From Mobula hypostoma (taxonomy: Eukaryota): DNA of 64,000 nt. Positions 24,879 through 38,456 of the stretch are shown here, in pieces (position 1 is the stretch's first letter; every line of letters begins with the position of its first letter). Below the pieces are notes generated by a model. That model was not told where the DNA came from. It worked only from the letters and a program-made list of their open reading frames with translations, and ran no database searches. Location: positions 83,578,001 to 83,642,000 of the forward strand of contig NC_086108.1 in the NCBI RefSeq assembly GCF_963921235.1, in the 5' to 3' direction. The position numbers and the translations under genes are program-made.

Positions 24879-24957
24879 CTTCTCCCTACCCTAACTTTTT
24901 ACAATACACCCCACTATGGATATGCATTTATTTGTCCCCACGACATCCGCTGTAATT
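24879..24957 (-). other. PIF1: Putative non-coding exon 1 of PIF1 (5' end approximate)
   Basis: Consensus donor GAAG|gtaagtga at 24879/24878, directly downstream of the CCAAT/CHR cluster in a locally CpG-richer region. Confidence 0.65.
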
Positions 24958-25070
24958 TTCAAATTGCCCGGCGTGAATTGAGCCAATCAAAGCAAGGCGC
25001 TTTAAACTTCAAACCAATCACATTTGTGTCCACCGGGTCAAAGGTTGAAATCGCTGTTATGACGTTACTG
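24958..25070 (-). promoter_or_regulatory. Putative PIF1 promoter: two CCAAT boxes 31 bp apart plus CHR elements
   Basis: CCAAT at 24983-24987 and 25014-25018; TTTGAA on minus at 24958-24963 (GC-rich CDE-like stretch upstream) and 25008-25013; TTTAAA at 25001-25006; CRE-like TGACGT near 25060. Confidence 0.7.
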
Positions 25071-25224
25071 CGCTGGGTTCTGCTGTAATTCATTGGGGCA
25101 AAGAGTGAAATGTACTGAGGGTTGGAAATCGACGTTTTAACTGTTGTAACGCGGCTCTCGTTTAGAGTTTATACTTTTATCAGATGCATTTTTAAAAAAA
25201 AAAATCTATATCTCACTTTCTGGT

Positions 25225-25380
25225 GTCTTCCCTCTTCTTTTTCAATCCTGAAGAAGGGTCTCGGCTCGAAACGTTCCCTGTTTATTCATTTCCATATGTG
25301 TTGTCTGACCTGCTGAGTTCCTCTAGCATTTTGTGTATCTTCCTTTGGGTTTCCAGTATCTGTAGACATTCTCGTGTCCA
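25225..25380 (+). mobile_element. Penelope pseudo-LTR fragment with hammerhead-like core
   Basis: aatc-CTGAAGA-Agggtctcggctc-GAAA-cgtt, then ctgacctgctgagttcctctagcattttgtgt. Confidence 0.65.
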
Positions 25381-25949
25381 TCTCTCGGTTTTCACAACAG
25401 GGACGAACTAGAGAAATGGTGAAACTTTCGAAAGTTTGGAGCATGGTATTTGTATTCGCTGGATTAACTTTATGTAATAAACAGGGTAGATGATAAGAAA
25501 CCGTTACATTGTTATTCAGTACGTTTTTTAAAAAGCTGCAATGTTTTACCTGCGTTTTAATTAAAGTCTTTAGTAAGACCATTAAGCAAAAAAGGGGAGG
25601 GGCGCACAATCATTGTCGAGGTGACTTATTACTTTGTATGCAGCCTTTAACTGTGCGTCGATTTTCCGGTGCTTTTCACTTCAGTATTATTGGATGTGTT
25701 TTACTGTTAAATGTGAGGCATTTAGCTAGGATATCTAATAGAGGAAAAAAGCAAATACCGTTGCTGGAAAGCCAAAGCATAGTAGGAAGTTATATCTGGT
25801 GTGAAAATAGACAATGCTTGAAATACTGTGGATTGTCTGTAAAAAGAGAGCTAGAGTGTCAGGTCAATGTCTCCAAATCTAGTTCACTTCAACTACATGT
25901 ATGCCCTTTCGCTGGAAACCTGTCTTCTTTCACTTTTGCCCCTTTTTCA

Positions 25950-26720
25950 AATAATAATGAGGCCGCCTACAGAGAGGAAGTCATCAACCTGACACAGTGG
26001 TATCAAGAAAACAACCTCTCCCTTCATGTCTTAAAAACAAAGGAGCCGCTTGAGAACTACAGTAGGAATGGAGGCAGGCTAGCCCCTATTGACATCAATG
26101 GATCTAGTGTTGAGAGGGTGAACGGCTTGAATTTCCTCGGCATTAACATCACCGAGGATCTCTGGTTTGTACATACCGGCACATCAGCGCCTCTTTCACC
26201 TCAGACGGTTGAAGAAGTTTGGTATGGGTCCCCAAATCCCAAGAGCTTTCTGCAGGGGCACAATTGAGAGCATCCTGACTGGCTGGATAACTGCCTGGTA
26301 TGGGAACTGTATTTCTCTCAATTGCAGGACTCTGCAGAGAGTGGTGCAGACAGCCCAGCACAACTGTAGATGTGAACTTCCCACTATTCAGGACATTTAC
26401 AAAGACAGGAGTGTAAAAAGGGCCCGAAGGATCATTGGGGACCCGAGTCACCCCAACCACAAATTGTTCCAGCTGCTACCATCCAGAAAATGGTACCGCA
26501 GCATAAAAGCCAGAACCAACAGGCTCCTGGACTGCTTCTTCCACCAGGCCATCGGATTGCTTAATTCATGCTGATGCAACTGTATTTCTATGTTATATTG
26601 ACTATCCTGTTGTGCATACTATTTATTATAAATTGCACATTGCGCATTTAGATGGAGATGTAACGTAAAGAATTTTACTTATGTATATGAAGGATGTAAA
26701 TAATAAAGTCAATTCAATTT
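25950..26720 (+). mobile_element. Rex-Babar type LINE 3' fragment
   Basis: NNEAAYREEV, FLGINITEDL, QRLFHLRRLKKF, IESILTGWITAWYG, DPSHPNHKLFQLLPS; ends aataaagtcaattcaatt. Confidence 0.85.
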
Positions 26721-27176
26721 TGGAAATCGCTTGTATGAACTTGATTTGCCGGAAAAATTATTCAAGATTGTTTAGTGTCATTTCCAGTGAACAAGTATAG
26801 AGGAGAATGAAATAATTGAACAAAATATCCTGCTTAATTTACCATTAGTAATTGGCTTGCCACCGCCAGTCTGTTTCAGTCCTCAAATCTAAATGTGTTG
26901 AAAATTCCGGGCACCTTGCAGATTGTTGAGTTCTAACTTGTTTTTGGTACTTTTGTAAAAGGGAGAAGCAACAGATACTCAAATTAGTCCCCATGATGGC
27001 CCTGGTACATCGTTTAAATATTTTCAGATACTCAGCAATTTCTGTTTGTTCTGCCCTCCTACTTCCTCTTGTAATTCATATCATCTAGAACCTAATCTAT
27101 AATTTTTAATTATGTGTAGTTATTGTATGCCATGCTTGTTCAGAAGTGTGATGATTTCAGAGATTGCTAACTAGTG

Positions 27177-27743
27177 CAACACACACAAAATGCTGGTGGA
27201 ACGCAGCAGGCCAGGCAGCATCTATAGAAAGAAGTACAGTCGACGTTGCGGGTCGGGACCCTTCATCAGAACTAACGGAAAAAAGAGATAGTATGAGATT
27301 TGAAAGTGGGAGGGGGAGGGGGAGGGGGGGCGAAATGATAGGGGAAGACAGGAGGAGGAGGGATGAAGCCAAGAGCTGGGAAGTTGATTGGCAAAAGGGA
27401 TACAAGGCTGGAGAAGGGGGAGTATCATCGGACAGAAGGCCTTGGAAGAAAGACAGGGGGAGGGGAGCACCAGAGGAAGATGGAGAACAGGCAAGGAGTT
27501 ATTGTGAGAGGGAAAGAGAGAAAAATAAATAATTAGGGATGGGGTACAAGGGGGAGGAGGGGCATTAACGGAATTTAGAGAACTCAATGTTCATGCCATC
27601 AGGTTGGACGCTACCCAGATGGAATACAAGGTGTTGTTCCTCTAACCTGAGTGTGGCTTCATCTCGACAGTAGAGGAGGCTATGCCAGCATTTTGTGTGT
27701 GTTGCTTGAATTTCCAGCATCTGCAGGTTTTCTCATGTTTGCG
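27177..27743 (-). mobile_element. Penelope-like element fragment (GIY-YIG C-terminus, pseudo-LTR, inverted tail)
   Basis: Minus strand LLYCRDEATLRLEEQHLVFHLGSVQPDGMNIEFSKFR*; degenerate hammerhead at about 27238-27272; near-TSD ttgctaactagtg / ttgataactagtg. Confidence 0.8.
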
Positions 27744-28523
27744 TTGATAACTAGTGATTTGGTTGTGAAGTTGATGGAAGAGCTGTGATAAGGGTCATTA
27801 ATGCTCACTTAAAAAGGAGAGATGGGATCTTTAAATTTTAATGTCACATCTGAAACAGATATAAACTATCAGGAAAGATTATGTGCTCATTTCTTGGAGT
27901 AGAGTTTAAACCTAAAACATTATGTGAAAAATAATAAACATTGTTGGTGATATAATTGTGTTGTCACATTAAATCATTTGCTCTTAATCAGAGAAATTAT
28001 ATTGCCTTAGCTTTATGCAACTCCATCCCCATCTTCCCAAATAAGGAAAACTAACTTGTTTCTCCCTTTTCTCTGGTCAGATGAAGGGTTCCAAATTTGA
28101 ACTTCAAATATTCACTATTACTCTTTTCATGATTTCTACAGGATTGCCAACAGTCTCCAGAATTTTCTGTTTTTATTTTAAACACAAAGCATTCTGACTA
28201 GAACAGAGATGAACTATAACTCAAGAAACAAAATCTTTTCTGATTTCTTTAGTAAGAATTCAAATCCCTTTCCCACTGGTGCAAGGAATCTGTGTTAATC
28301 AGTGCAAGCTTTGAGTTCCAAGCATTACTCACCAATCTAATATCATTGCTAATCGCAATGTCAGTGTGGATGTATATGTGCAAAGCACTTGAATGCAAAG
28401 AATCCTGTAAATCTACTGCTGCAGTACCAGTTCCAGACTGAATATTGTACAACAGATCTGACAAATCAAATCTCAGCATTCTTGAGATGCTGCAAATCCC
28501 TAACCTTAACAACCCAGGGATTC

Positions 28524-28925
28524 ATAGAAACATAGGAGACCTACAGCAGAAAACCTACCTTAGAAATTACTAGGCTTACCTTTAGCCCTCTATTTTTCTA
28601 AGCTCCATGTACCTATCCGAAAGTCTCTTAAAAGACCCTATCGTATCCACCTCCACCACCATTGCTGGCAGCCCATTCCACGCACTCACCACTCTCTGAG
28701 TAATAAAATTTACCCCTGACATCTCCTCTGTACCTACTCCCCAGCACCTTAAACCTATGTCCTCTTGTGGCAACCATTTCAGCCCTGGGTAAAAGCCTCT
28801 GACTATCCACACAATCAATGCCTCTCATCATTTTATGCACCTCTGTCAGGTGACCTCTCATCCTCTGTCGCTCCAAGGAGAAAAGGCTGAGTTCACTCAA
28901 CCAATTCTCATAAGGCATGCTCCCT
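28524..28925 (-). mobile_element. CR1 3' fragment
   Basis: LFSLERQRMRG, TRGHRFK, TQRVVSAWNGLP; tail tagaaacata. Confidence 0.88.
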
Positions 28926-29159
28926 AATTGAATCCGGAATGACATGCCAAGAGCTGCACTAAGTGTAATGAAGCTACAACACAGTGTAACAAAATACCAT
29001 CGTTTGATAGATAGAATTAAGGAATCTCCCAGCCTATGCACCACCTTGAGGTCCTGTCGTCCAACCACATCTAACGATGGATAGTGATAGACAATTGAAC
29101 AACTATTGAGAGGATGAGGTTCTAAGATTATTACTTACTCAATGATAATGGAGTACAGC

Positions 29160-29830
29160 ACATGTTCAACGTACATTTATTATCAAAATATGTACACATT
29201 ATAAAACCTTGAGGTTTGTCTCCTTATAGGCAGCCACGAAGCAAAAAAATCCGAATAGAACCCATTAAAACAAAAGAAGACCGTCAAACACCCAATGTGA
29301 AGAGAGAAAAAATAACACATTGTGCAAACAATAAAAGTAAGCAATAACATTCAGAATGAAAGTGAATCCATAGACACGAAGCCCTGAGCAGTCCACAACC
29401 TCAGTGCAGAGCCGAGTTAAACGTCGCAGAGCAGCGAGCAGTACTGGCCCGACCCTCGCCTCGTTCTGACCCCCACCCTTTCAATCTATCTGGCCCAGTT
29501 TTTAAATCATTCAACCATCGGGTCATTCCTTGCAGTAGGATACAGACCCTGTTGCATTGATACGCTCTGGGCCTGGACCCTACCGCCACCTGTCAGCCCA
29601 TGTCCAACCTTCCCAAATCGGCCTGGCACCTAGATCAATCAAACCTCCCTCTTGGTTTAGGTGGACAGGCCTTGAATCTGCCTCTCCTCCTCTCAGCTCA
29701 CCTCAACTTTGCCTTGTACCAGCACGGTTTGACCCTCAACTCAGCCTCACCTTTACTGGCCTCTCCATTGTTTGCGGTGATCAATTACCATAAATTTTAC
29801 AATAAAACATGTTATTAATAAAGCATTTAG
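29160..29830 (-). mobile_element. LINE 3' UTR-like interspersed repeat (Rex/L2-type)
   Basis: Shares tttattatcaaa...ttgaggtttg...cacccaatgt with 42790-43330. Confidence 0.45.
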
Positions 29831-29969
29831 TTGTATTCTTTGTTTGCTGCCAGCAATAGTCACTGAACTTCCATCAGTGCCAGCTTCAACTGGAATATGA
29901 GTGTTAGAGACAAGACAGAAGCATTCACAACACTGTTCAACCAGAAGCATGATATAAGTGATACATTCC

Positions 29970-30480
29970 ACAGAACATCAAACATTACAGCCCAGGACAG
30001 GAGCTTCAACCCATGCTGCTGTGCCGACCTTTTAACCTAGTCTAACATAAATCTAATCCATCCCTCCTGCGTAGCCCTCCATTTTTCTATCATCCATGTG
30101 CCTATCTAAGAGTTTCCTAAATGCCCTAATGCATCTGGCTCCACCACCACTCCTGACAGAGCTTTCCACTCACCCACCACTTCCTACGTAAAGAACTTAC
30201 CTCTGACATCCCCTCTGTTTTCCTCCAGTCACATTAAGATTATGGCCCCTTGATTTCGTTTTTACCACCCTGGGGGAAAGGTCTCCATTTATGCCTCTTA
30301 TCATCATGTACACCTCTATCTCATTCTCCTTCACTCTGAATGGAAGAGCCATAAATTGCTCTCTAATCCAGGCAGCCTTCTGGTAAATCTCCGCACCACG
30401 TCTCTGCACCTTCTCTAAAGCTTCCACATCCTTTCTATAATGAGACGAGTGGAACTGAACACAATATTGCAAGTGACCAC
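29970..30480 (-). mobile_element. CR1 3' fragment, degraded
   Basis: HLQYCVQF..HYRKDVEALEKVQRR, SRGHNL. Confidence 0.8.
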
Positions 30481-31184
30481 AATATTCTAATCTTATATTG
30501 GAAGGGAAACTCAAATGATCAGATGGTATAAACTGTGGTCATTTAGAAGCTCTGCTTCATTTCAAACCTAATTATTTTTCCTGTATAGGTCCGTATCAGA
30601 TGACATGCCCATCCCTTTGCAAGCATCTCATCTATTTGATCTATTAGAAAACTTCAATATGTTTTTGTAGCAATGTTCAAATGCTGAATTGGTTTATATT
30701 GCCAGAACTTTAAAATGATGTGCACATCACATTATGAGTGCCAACTTTATTAATTCCCAACAGATTAATGATGAGCTTTTGCTGCAATAATGTTAAGCTT
30801 CTAGCATCTCTCATTCAACACTTTATTACCCTCTACTATCATATCATCCAGAGATCTTTGCAATAACTCAGTTTAAAAGAATTTGGATACGAGCAAATTC
30901 GGGCATTTAAGGAAGGAATTGGAATTAAATAAAGTGACAAAAAGCATTTTAAAATGTTCCATTGAAACATCTGTGATGTAGCTGCAGAATTTTTCTGGGA
31001 CGTTCTTACAATCCTTCTTTGAGGCTTTGCTTGCTTTTTTGTATTACTGTGTATGCTAGAGTGAATGTTCATACAAATGGCCTCATATACTGACTTTTTG
31101 TTTTTATCTTGTGCATTTAGGTAGCATCAGAAATGATCCCATTGAAACCAAAAATTAATTTATCTTGGAAGGATTACAAATATA

Positions 31185-32392
31185 CAGACAAATGAGAGGT
31201 GTTGCACTTTGGGAGGACAAACTTTGATAAAGTCCCACATAGGAGATTAGTGGGCAAAATTAGGGCACATGGTATTGGGGGCAGAGTACTAACATGGATT
31301 GAAAATTGGCTGGCTGACAGAAAACAAAGAGTAGCGATTAACGGGTCCCTTTCGGAATGGCAGGCGGTGACCAGTGGGGTACCGCAGGGTTCAGTGCTAG
31401 GACCGCAGCTGTTTACAATATATATTAATGATTTAGATGAGGGAATTAAAAGTAACATTAGCAAATTTGCCAATGACACAAAGCTGGGAGGCAGTGTGAA
31501 ATGTGAGGAGGATGTTATGAGAATGCAGGGTGACTTGGACAGGCTGGGTGAGTGGGCAGATGCATGGCAGATGCAGTTTAATGTGGATAAATGTGAGGTT
31601 ATCCACTTTGGTGGTAAGAACGGGAAGGCAGATTATTATCTAAATGGAGTCAAGTTAGGAAAAGGGGAAGCACAATGAGATCTAGGTTTTCTTGTACATC
31701 AGTCACTGAAAGCAAGCATGCAAGTACAGCAGGCAGTGAAAAAAGCTAATGGCATGCTGGCCTTCATAACAAGGGGAATTGAGTATAAGTGCAAAGAGGT
31801 CCTTCTGCAGCTGTACAGGGCCCTAGTGAGACCACACCTGGAGTACTGTGTGCAGTTTTGGTCTCCAAATTTGAGGAAGGACATTCTTGCTATTGAGGGA
31901 GTGCAGCGTAGGTTCACAAGGTTAATTCCCGGGATGGCGGGACTGTCATATGTCGAAAGATTGGAGCGACTGGGCTTGTATACTCTGGAATTTAGAAGGC
32001 TGAGAGGGGATCTTATTGAAACATATAAGATTATTAAGGGATTGGACACTCTGCAGGCAGGAAGCATGTTCCTGCTGATGGGTGAGTCCAGAACCAGAGG
32101 CCACAGTTTAAGAATTAGGGGTAGGCCATTTAGAACGGAGTTGAGGAAAAACTTTTTCACCCAGAGAGTGGTGGATATATGGAATGCTGTGCCTCAGAAG
32201 GCTGTGGAGGCCAAGTCTCTGGATGCTTTCAAAAAAGAGATGGATAGAGCTCTTAAAGATAGTGGAATCAAAGGTTATGGGGATAAGGCAGGAACTGGAT
32301 ACTGATAGTAGATGATCAGCCATGATCACAGTGAATGGCGGTGCCGGCTCAAAGGGCCGAATGGCCTACTCCTGCACCTATTGTCTATTGTG
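31185..32392 (+). mobile_element. CR1 LINE, 5'-truncated, near-intact RT C-half
   Basis: FDKVPHRRL, SGVPQGSVLGPQLF, FANDTKL, RPHLEYCVQFWSP, TRGHSLR, RVVDIWN; tail tattgtctattg. Confidence 0.93.
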
Positions 32393-32399
32393 TAAACCA

Positions 32400-34100
32400 G
32401 GGGAGGGCTTACACTGCGAGAGGTAGAGCACTGAGGAATGCAGTGGAACCGAGGGATCTGGCACATTGGCCTTCATAAATCTTGGTCACTGATGGTATCA
32501 ATATGATAGAAAGAGTGCAGAGATAATTTACAAGGATGTCACCAGGACTTGAGGACCTGAGAAATAGGGAAAGGCTGACTAGACCATAAGACATGGGAGC
32601 AGAAATAGGCCAATTGGCCCATCAAGTTTGCTCCGCCATTCAACCATGGATGACCCTTTTTTCCTCTCTTCAGCCCCACCTGCCGGCCTTCTCCCTGTAA
32701 CCTTTGATGCCGTGCCCAACCAAGAACCTATCAATCTCCGCTTATCTTGCTAAAGAAATTTCTCTGCACCTCTGTTTTAAATGGACACCCTGAATCCTCA
32801 GGTTGTTCCCCCTTGCCCTATGCTCCCTCACCATGTCTAATCTGTCTAGGGCTTTCAACATTCAAAAGGTTTCAATCCCTGCTCTTATATTCTAGACCTC
32901 TTGAAATGAATGCTCACATTGCATGTCCTTTCGTCAGCACTGACTCAACCTGTAAGTTAACCTTTAGTTTGTTCTGCACAAGGACTCCCAAGTCCCTTTG
33001 CATCTCAGATTTTTGGATATTCTCCCTGCTTAGAAAATAGTCCACACATTTATTTCTACTATCAAAGTGCATTGCCATGCATCTTCCAACATTATATTTC
33101 ATTTGCCACTTTTTTTGCCCACTCTCCTAATCTGTCTAAGTCCTTCTGCATCCTACCTGTTTCCTCAACTGTATCTGCCCCTCCACCAATCTTTGTATCA
33201 TCGGCAAACTTGGCAACAAAGCCATCTATTTCATCATCTAAATCATTTATATACAGAATAAAAAGAAGTGGTCCTGTGGAACATCACTAGCAACTGCAGC
33301 CAAGCAGACAAGAATCCTTTTATTCCCACTCGCTGCCTCTTTCCAATCAGCCAATGCTCTAACCATGTTGGCAACTTTCCTGTAATACCACGGGCTCTTA
33401 CCTTGGTAAGCAGCCTCATGTGAGGCACCTTGTCAAAGGCCTTTTAAAAGTCCAAATATTCAACATCCACTGCATCCCCTTTATCTATCCTACTTTAAAT
33501 CTCCTCAAAGAATTATGACAGGTCGTCAGGAAAGATTTTTCCTTAAGGAAACCATGCTGACTTTGTCCTATCTTGTCCTGTGTCATCAGGTACTCCGTAA
33601 TCTCATCCTTAAAAATCGACATCAACATCTTCCCAACCACTGAGGTCAGGCTAACTGGACTATAATTTCCTTTCTGCTGCCTTCTTCCTTTCTTAAAGAG
33701 TGGAGGGCCTATAGGTTAGGACTTTATTTCCTAGAGCACAGGAGAATGAGAAGAGATTTTACAGGTGTATACAAAATTATGAGGGGTAAGGATAGGGTAA
33801 ATGTAAGCTGCTTTTTCCAGTGAGGTTGAGTGAGACTAGATTGAGAGGTCATGAGTTTAGGGTGAAAGGGAATCATATGGAGAAGCTTCTTCACTCAGAG
33901 GGTGGCAAGAGTGTGGACCGACCTGTGAGTCGAAGAGGAGGATGCATGTTTGATTTCATCATTTAAAAGAAATTTGGATAGGTAAATGGATGGGAGGGGT
34001 GTGAGGGATATGGTCGGGATGCAGATCGATGGGACTTGGCATATTAATAGTTTGGCATGGACTTGATGGGTCGAAGGGTCTGTTTCTGTGCTATTAGAGT
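32400..34100. mobile_element. Plus-strand CR1 fragment interrupted by a minus-strand CR1 (about 32580-33705)
   Basis: Plus-strand GLEDLRNRERL at about 32575 resumes as RLGLYFLEHRRMR at about 33712; the intervening segment carries minus-strand RT motifs. Confidence 0.8.
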
Positions 34101-35249
34101 GATATAAAAATATATTGTATTGAAGTGTACACAACTCCTTTTATTGCCCTTAATTCCTGATAATGTGATTCTGATCCTGGGTGTTTTGTTCAATCGTCTA
34201 CGTAGCCTGTTGCAGCATAAACCCCTGATAATCCCCAAGTCTATTGTCCATTCCTAAAAGTAAATTGGTTTGACACCACAGAATCAAGTGCCTCTTTCAG
34301 TAAAAAAAATCCTATTTATGGCTGCATTGTGTGAATGAATATAAATAAAAAGCTGTACAAAGGTAGGATTACACAGATTGAGGGTATGCTGAGGTAACAT
34401 TTGCAATAGCTTCTGCTTTCAGTAGCTTGCTGAGAGGTGAGGATGGATAACCACACATCAATCAGACATGTGAATTTGTTTTTTTACCTCTGTTAAATGT
34501 TGCTTATCCTGGTGATTATTTTCTAATAAAATAAATGTAGCTAGGCATTTCTGTGTCCAACTCTTTATTAAAGACCACATGAGCATGGTCAATTAAAAAA
34601 GTGTGCATTTTAAGTGTTTAACCTTGAAGTACCAACATGCTTTCGATAATAAATAGTCGTCTGAATTTTAAAAATGCTAAATTAAGCACTGTCCTGTTTA
34701 AATTGATTTTCTGTATATAAATGTGCCTGGCAAGGGAAGGTGATGCTTTGAATTATAGAATGACTTGCTGGCCTAAGAAACACATACAGGTCATCAGAAT
34801 GAATAAGAGATGCAGGTTTACTACTCTAAGACAGTCATAAATTAAAATAATACAACAGCTGTATGGTCAGTTCTAATTATACTAAACTTCTGGGTTTTAA
34901 AACACTTTTTTACAAATAGGCATGCTGAGGTCTAAGTTCACTGGCCCAGAAAAACAATGGCAGGTGCACATCTGAATGAGAGTGGAAATTTGTAAGCAGT
35001 TCCAAACATGGACAATGCACAATAGAAAATTAACTTGCACATTTCTGTGGATGTGACACACTAATGCAGAGGCTATCATGCATGCAGATGTGATATCAAT
35101 CAGCAAAGTATTCTGCAGTGCATTTGTGGAGCAAATCCATCCATGTTCCTTTGAGAGAAGTGATCTAATTCCTCCAATCCTTGCCCCAGGTGCCGATATC
35201 ATGATCAAATGGCAGTGAGGTTGGACTGTTCTGTCACCCCTTCTATAAG

Positions 35250-35832
35250 ACAAGCTTCTATAGATGCACAGTGGAGAGTGTCCTGACTGGTTGTAACATG
35301 GCTTGGTGTGGAAACACCAAAGGCCGTGAATTGAAAAGCTTACACAAAGTAGTAAATACAGCCAATCCCCCACTGAGCACTTCTACAGGACCACTGCCGC
35401 AAGAAAGAAGCATCCATCATCAAAGACCCCACTGTACAGGCCATGTTCTCTTCTCACTGCAGCCATCAGGAAGGAGTCCCAGGAACCTTAGATCCCACAC
35501 CACCAGGCTCAAGAACAGTTATTCCCCTTCAGCCAGGCTTCTGAACCAATGTGGATAACTGCATTCACCTCAACATGAACTGACTCCATAGCCTATGGGC
35601 TCACTTTCAAAGGCTCTACAAATTTAGTTCTCAATATTTATTATTATTATTAGTTTTGCATTTGCTTGGTTTGTCTTATGTTGTACATTGGTTGTTCGTC
35701 CATCTTTGTGTGTAGTTTTCACTGAATCTATTGTGATTCTTTGTACCTACTGTGAATGCCTACTAGAAAGTGAATCTCAAGATAGCATACGGTTACATAT
35801 ATATGCTTTGATAATAAATTTCCTTTGAATTT
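35250..35832 (+). mobile_element. Rex-Babar type LINE 3' fragment
   Basis: ESVLTGCNMAWCGN, LFSLQPSGR, TTRLKNSY; ends aataaatttcctttgaattttgaa. Confidence 0.75.
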
Positions 35833-38374
35833 TGAATTAATATAAGGACAGTAAAAGCAGCACCTCCGCTTGCATCAATGGTTACTACTGAGAATCGCTG
35901 CTTTACAAGATCCTGTGGTAGGAGTTCACATCCTCTTTTGCATGGCTCCTGAGACTGCATATGTTTGCTGAAAATACCTGCTGAAACACGCCACATACAT
36001 GCATAATGCATTGCATGTTAAACCAATGGAAAGATGACTTGTGGAAACAGAATAAACTACTACTGCCTCCCTCCATGGTGTAAGTTTAGCATCAGGGCCT
36101 GTGCGTAATTTTAGCCTATTTTCTCTCCAGTATTACCTCAATGATATAACTGCAGCAATATCTAGTCCCTATATTACACTGGACAACAAAGATCTTGCTT
36201 CCTGAATACCATTAGGTGTATCTTATGAATTTTGGGCTACTGATCATGAAAATCACCATGAAATTTCCCTATCACGCACCTTTTATATTTATTATTTCAA
36301 TTCATAATTCAAGTCAATTGAAATGTTGCCTACAATGTAAACTGAAATGTTTCTTATCTTGTCCAGGCATGCTTGGCCATGCTTAGACTGCGCGGCTGCT
36401 GCACGGCAGGACAGGTGGTGGTGGTGGTGGTGTTGTTATTGTTGTTGTTCTTCTTCTTCTTCTTCTTCTTCTTCTTCTTCCTGTTTAGACGCATCTAGGT
36501 GTATTACAGCCCTCCGCAGGATGTATAATTAATTATACAACTTCAAGGAACTCTAATTCTTGAATACAACCTAGTCTCACGTATAAACTGAATAACAGAC
36601 TCTTCAATCAGATGTTGATTCTCTTGATGGCCAAACAAAGATTTAATAGAAAACCAAAATAAATTTAAGCCAGATAGCCTCTTGAACAACATGCTTCTTT
36701 CAATTTTGTATCGATTACAGCTCAGCAAAACATGCTGGACTGTCTCTAGACTACCACAGTCACGTAATCCAGTAGGATGTTTTCCTATTATCTTTGAATA
36801 ATAGTTTAACCCACAATTCCCCAACCTAAGTCTTGTAAATTTCACCATATCTCTACGACTTAAAAGGTCACAGTCTGAGACCTTTTTAGCTAGTGGGTGA
36901 CTAGAAAAATAATGCCTGCCCCTTAATTCATTTTTCCAATCCTCCTGCCACTTCTTCTCTATACCTTTTTTAATCCTACTTCTCAGTTCTGCTCTGCTTA
37001 GGGGAATTCTAATTTCTACTTGCCTGCTCTGTAAGGAAGACTTTGCAATGCCATCCACAATTTCATTTCCCTCCACCCCAGCATGCCCAGGTATCCATGA
37101 AAATCTAACTACACAACCCATCTTCCCTACTCTAAACAACACTAAGAGAATCTCAATAACTATGTCAGGACAAGCTTTTGAGTTATTCCCTTTTATAGCC
37201 TCTAAGGCAGCAGCAGAATCCAAACAGATGATAACTCAACATGGTCGAGAGTCTTCTATCTACCATAAGGCCCAGAGGATTGCTAACAATTCCGTTGCAA
37301 AGACAGAAATACCATCTGAAACTGACCAATCTTAACTCCAAGTTGAGACACATACATCCCAAATTCTGCCTTACTGCTCTCTGGGTCCACTGAGTCATCA
37401 GTAAAAATCTTCAGTATAGATCCCCATTTATTATTTAAATATTCATTTGTGATCAACGCTGATGAAATTGCACTGCTTCCTTGCAGCTGAAAAAGGAGGA
37501 ATAGGTCTACTTCTGGTTCTGGAAGGAGCCAAAAATGGACGGGTGGCAAGCAAATTTGGTCAACTATGTCTTCCTCAATCAGTTTCAATTTCACAGCCCA
37601 GTTATTAACCAAATCTAAAAATGGGTATCTTTTAATTTTACTTTGGCACTCCGACTTCCCCTGCAAAGGACACTTTGGACAACTGTGATTGAATGCATTT
37701 AGTTTTACCCAATACTGCAGGCCCAGCTGAATTCGTCTTAAATGCAGAGGCACTTCTCCCATCTCCACACGTAATGCCGGGACTGATGTTGTTCTAAATC
37801 TCCACAACAGAGTCTAAGTGCTTTGGACTGTACAGTGTCTAGTTTTCCAAGCACTGCTGTAGCAGCGGAACCATAAGCAATACAACCATAATCTATAACT
37901 GATCTAATCATAGCTAGATATATTAAGTACATAGTTTCCTGCCCTGCTCCCCAGTCGCATCCAGCAATACTTTTCATAACATTTAAAACTTTCTCACACT
38001 TTCCAATTGTTTTATCTATATGAACCCTCCAAGTAAGTCTTTCATCAAACCAGACACCTAAGAACTTGAGTACCTTGACTTTTTCTAGTGGAGAATCATG
38101 TAGACACAATTCACAATCAGGAATCTTTCTTCTAAAGCCAAAAATCATATATTTGGACTTAGAAGCAGAAATCCTGAAACCCCATTTATTAGCCCAGTTT
38201 TCAACTGATCTTAAAGCCTTTTGTACCTGACTTAATATATACTTGATGTTTCTTCCTCTTTTCCAGATTGCACCATCGTCTGCAAACAATGATTTGCCAA
38301 ATCCTGTCCCTACCTGATCAAAGATATAATTTATCATGACATTAAAAAGAACTGGACTAATGACACTTCCTTGA

Positions 38375-38456
38375 TCAGCCATGATCATACTGAATGGCGG
38401 TGCAGGCTCGAAGGGCCGAATGGCCTACTCCTGCACCTATTTTCTATGTTTCTATA
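38375..38456 (+). mobile_element. Very short CR1 3' tail inserted in the Nimb RT
   Basis: gaagggccgaatggcctactcctgcacctattttctatgtttctat; splits the TPQ|GSV motif; TTGA duplicated at 38371-38374 and 38457-38460. Confidence 0.8.

Noticed and set aside
24884..24940. Potential G-quadruplex with a TTAGGG-like unit in the PIF1 leader
   Set aside because: Four G-runs are present, but two loops are about 17 and 23 nt, too long for a confident call.
25509..26267. 252-aa plus-strand ORF divergent from the PIF1 promoter
   Set aside because: Starts at TTG, has no recognisable N-terminal part, and its C-terminus is a Rex-Babar RT fragment; a chance read-through frame.
28240..28510. Unique-looking stretches (also 30590-31100 and 34900-35230) checked as possible exons
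   Set aside because: No frame with recognisable protein similarity and consistent splice sites; could be conserved non-coding DNA, which cannot be shown here.
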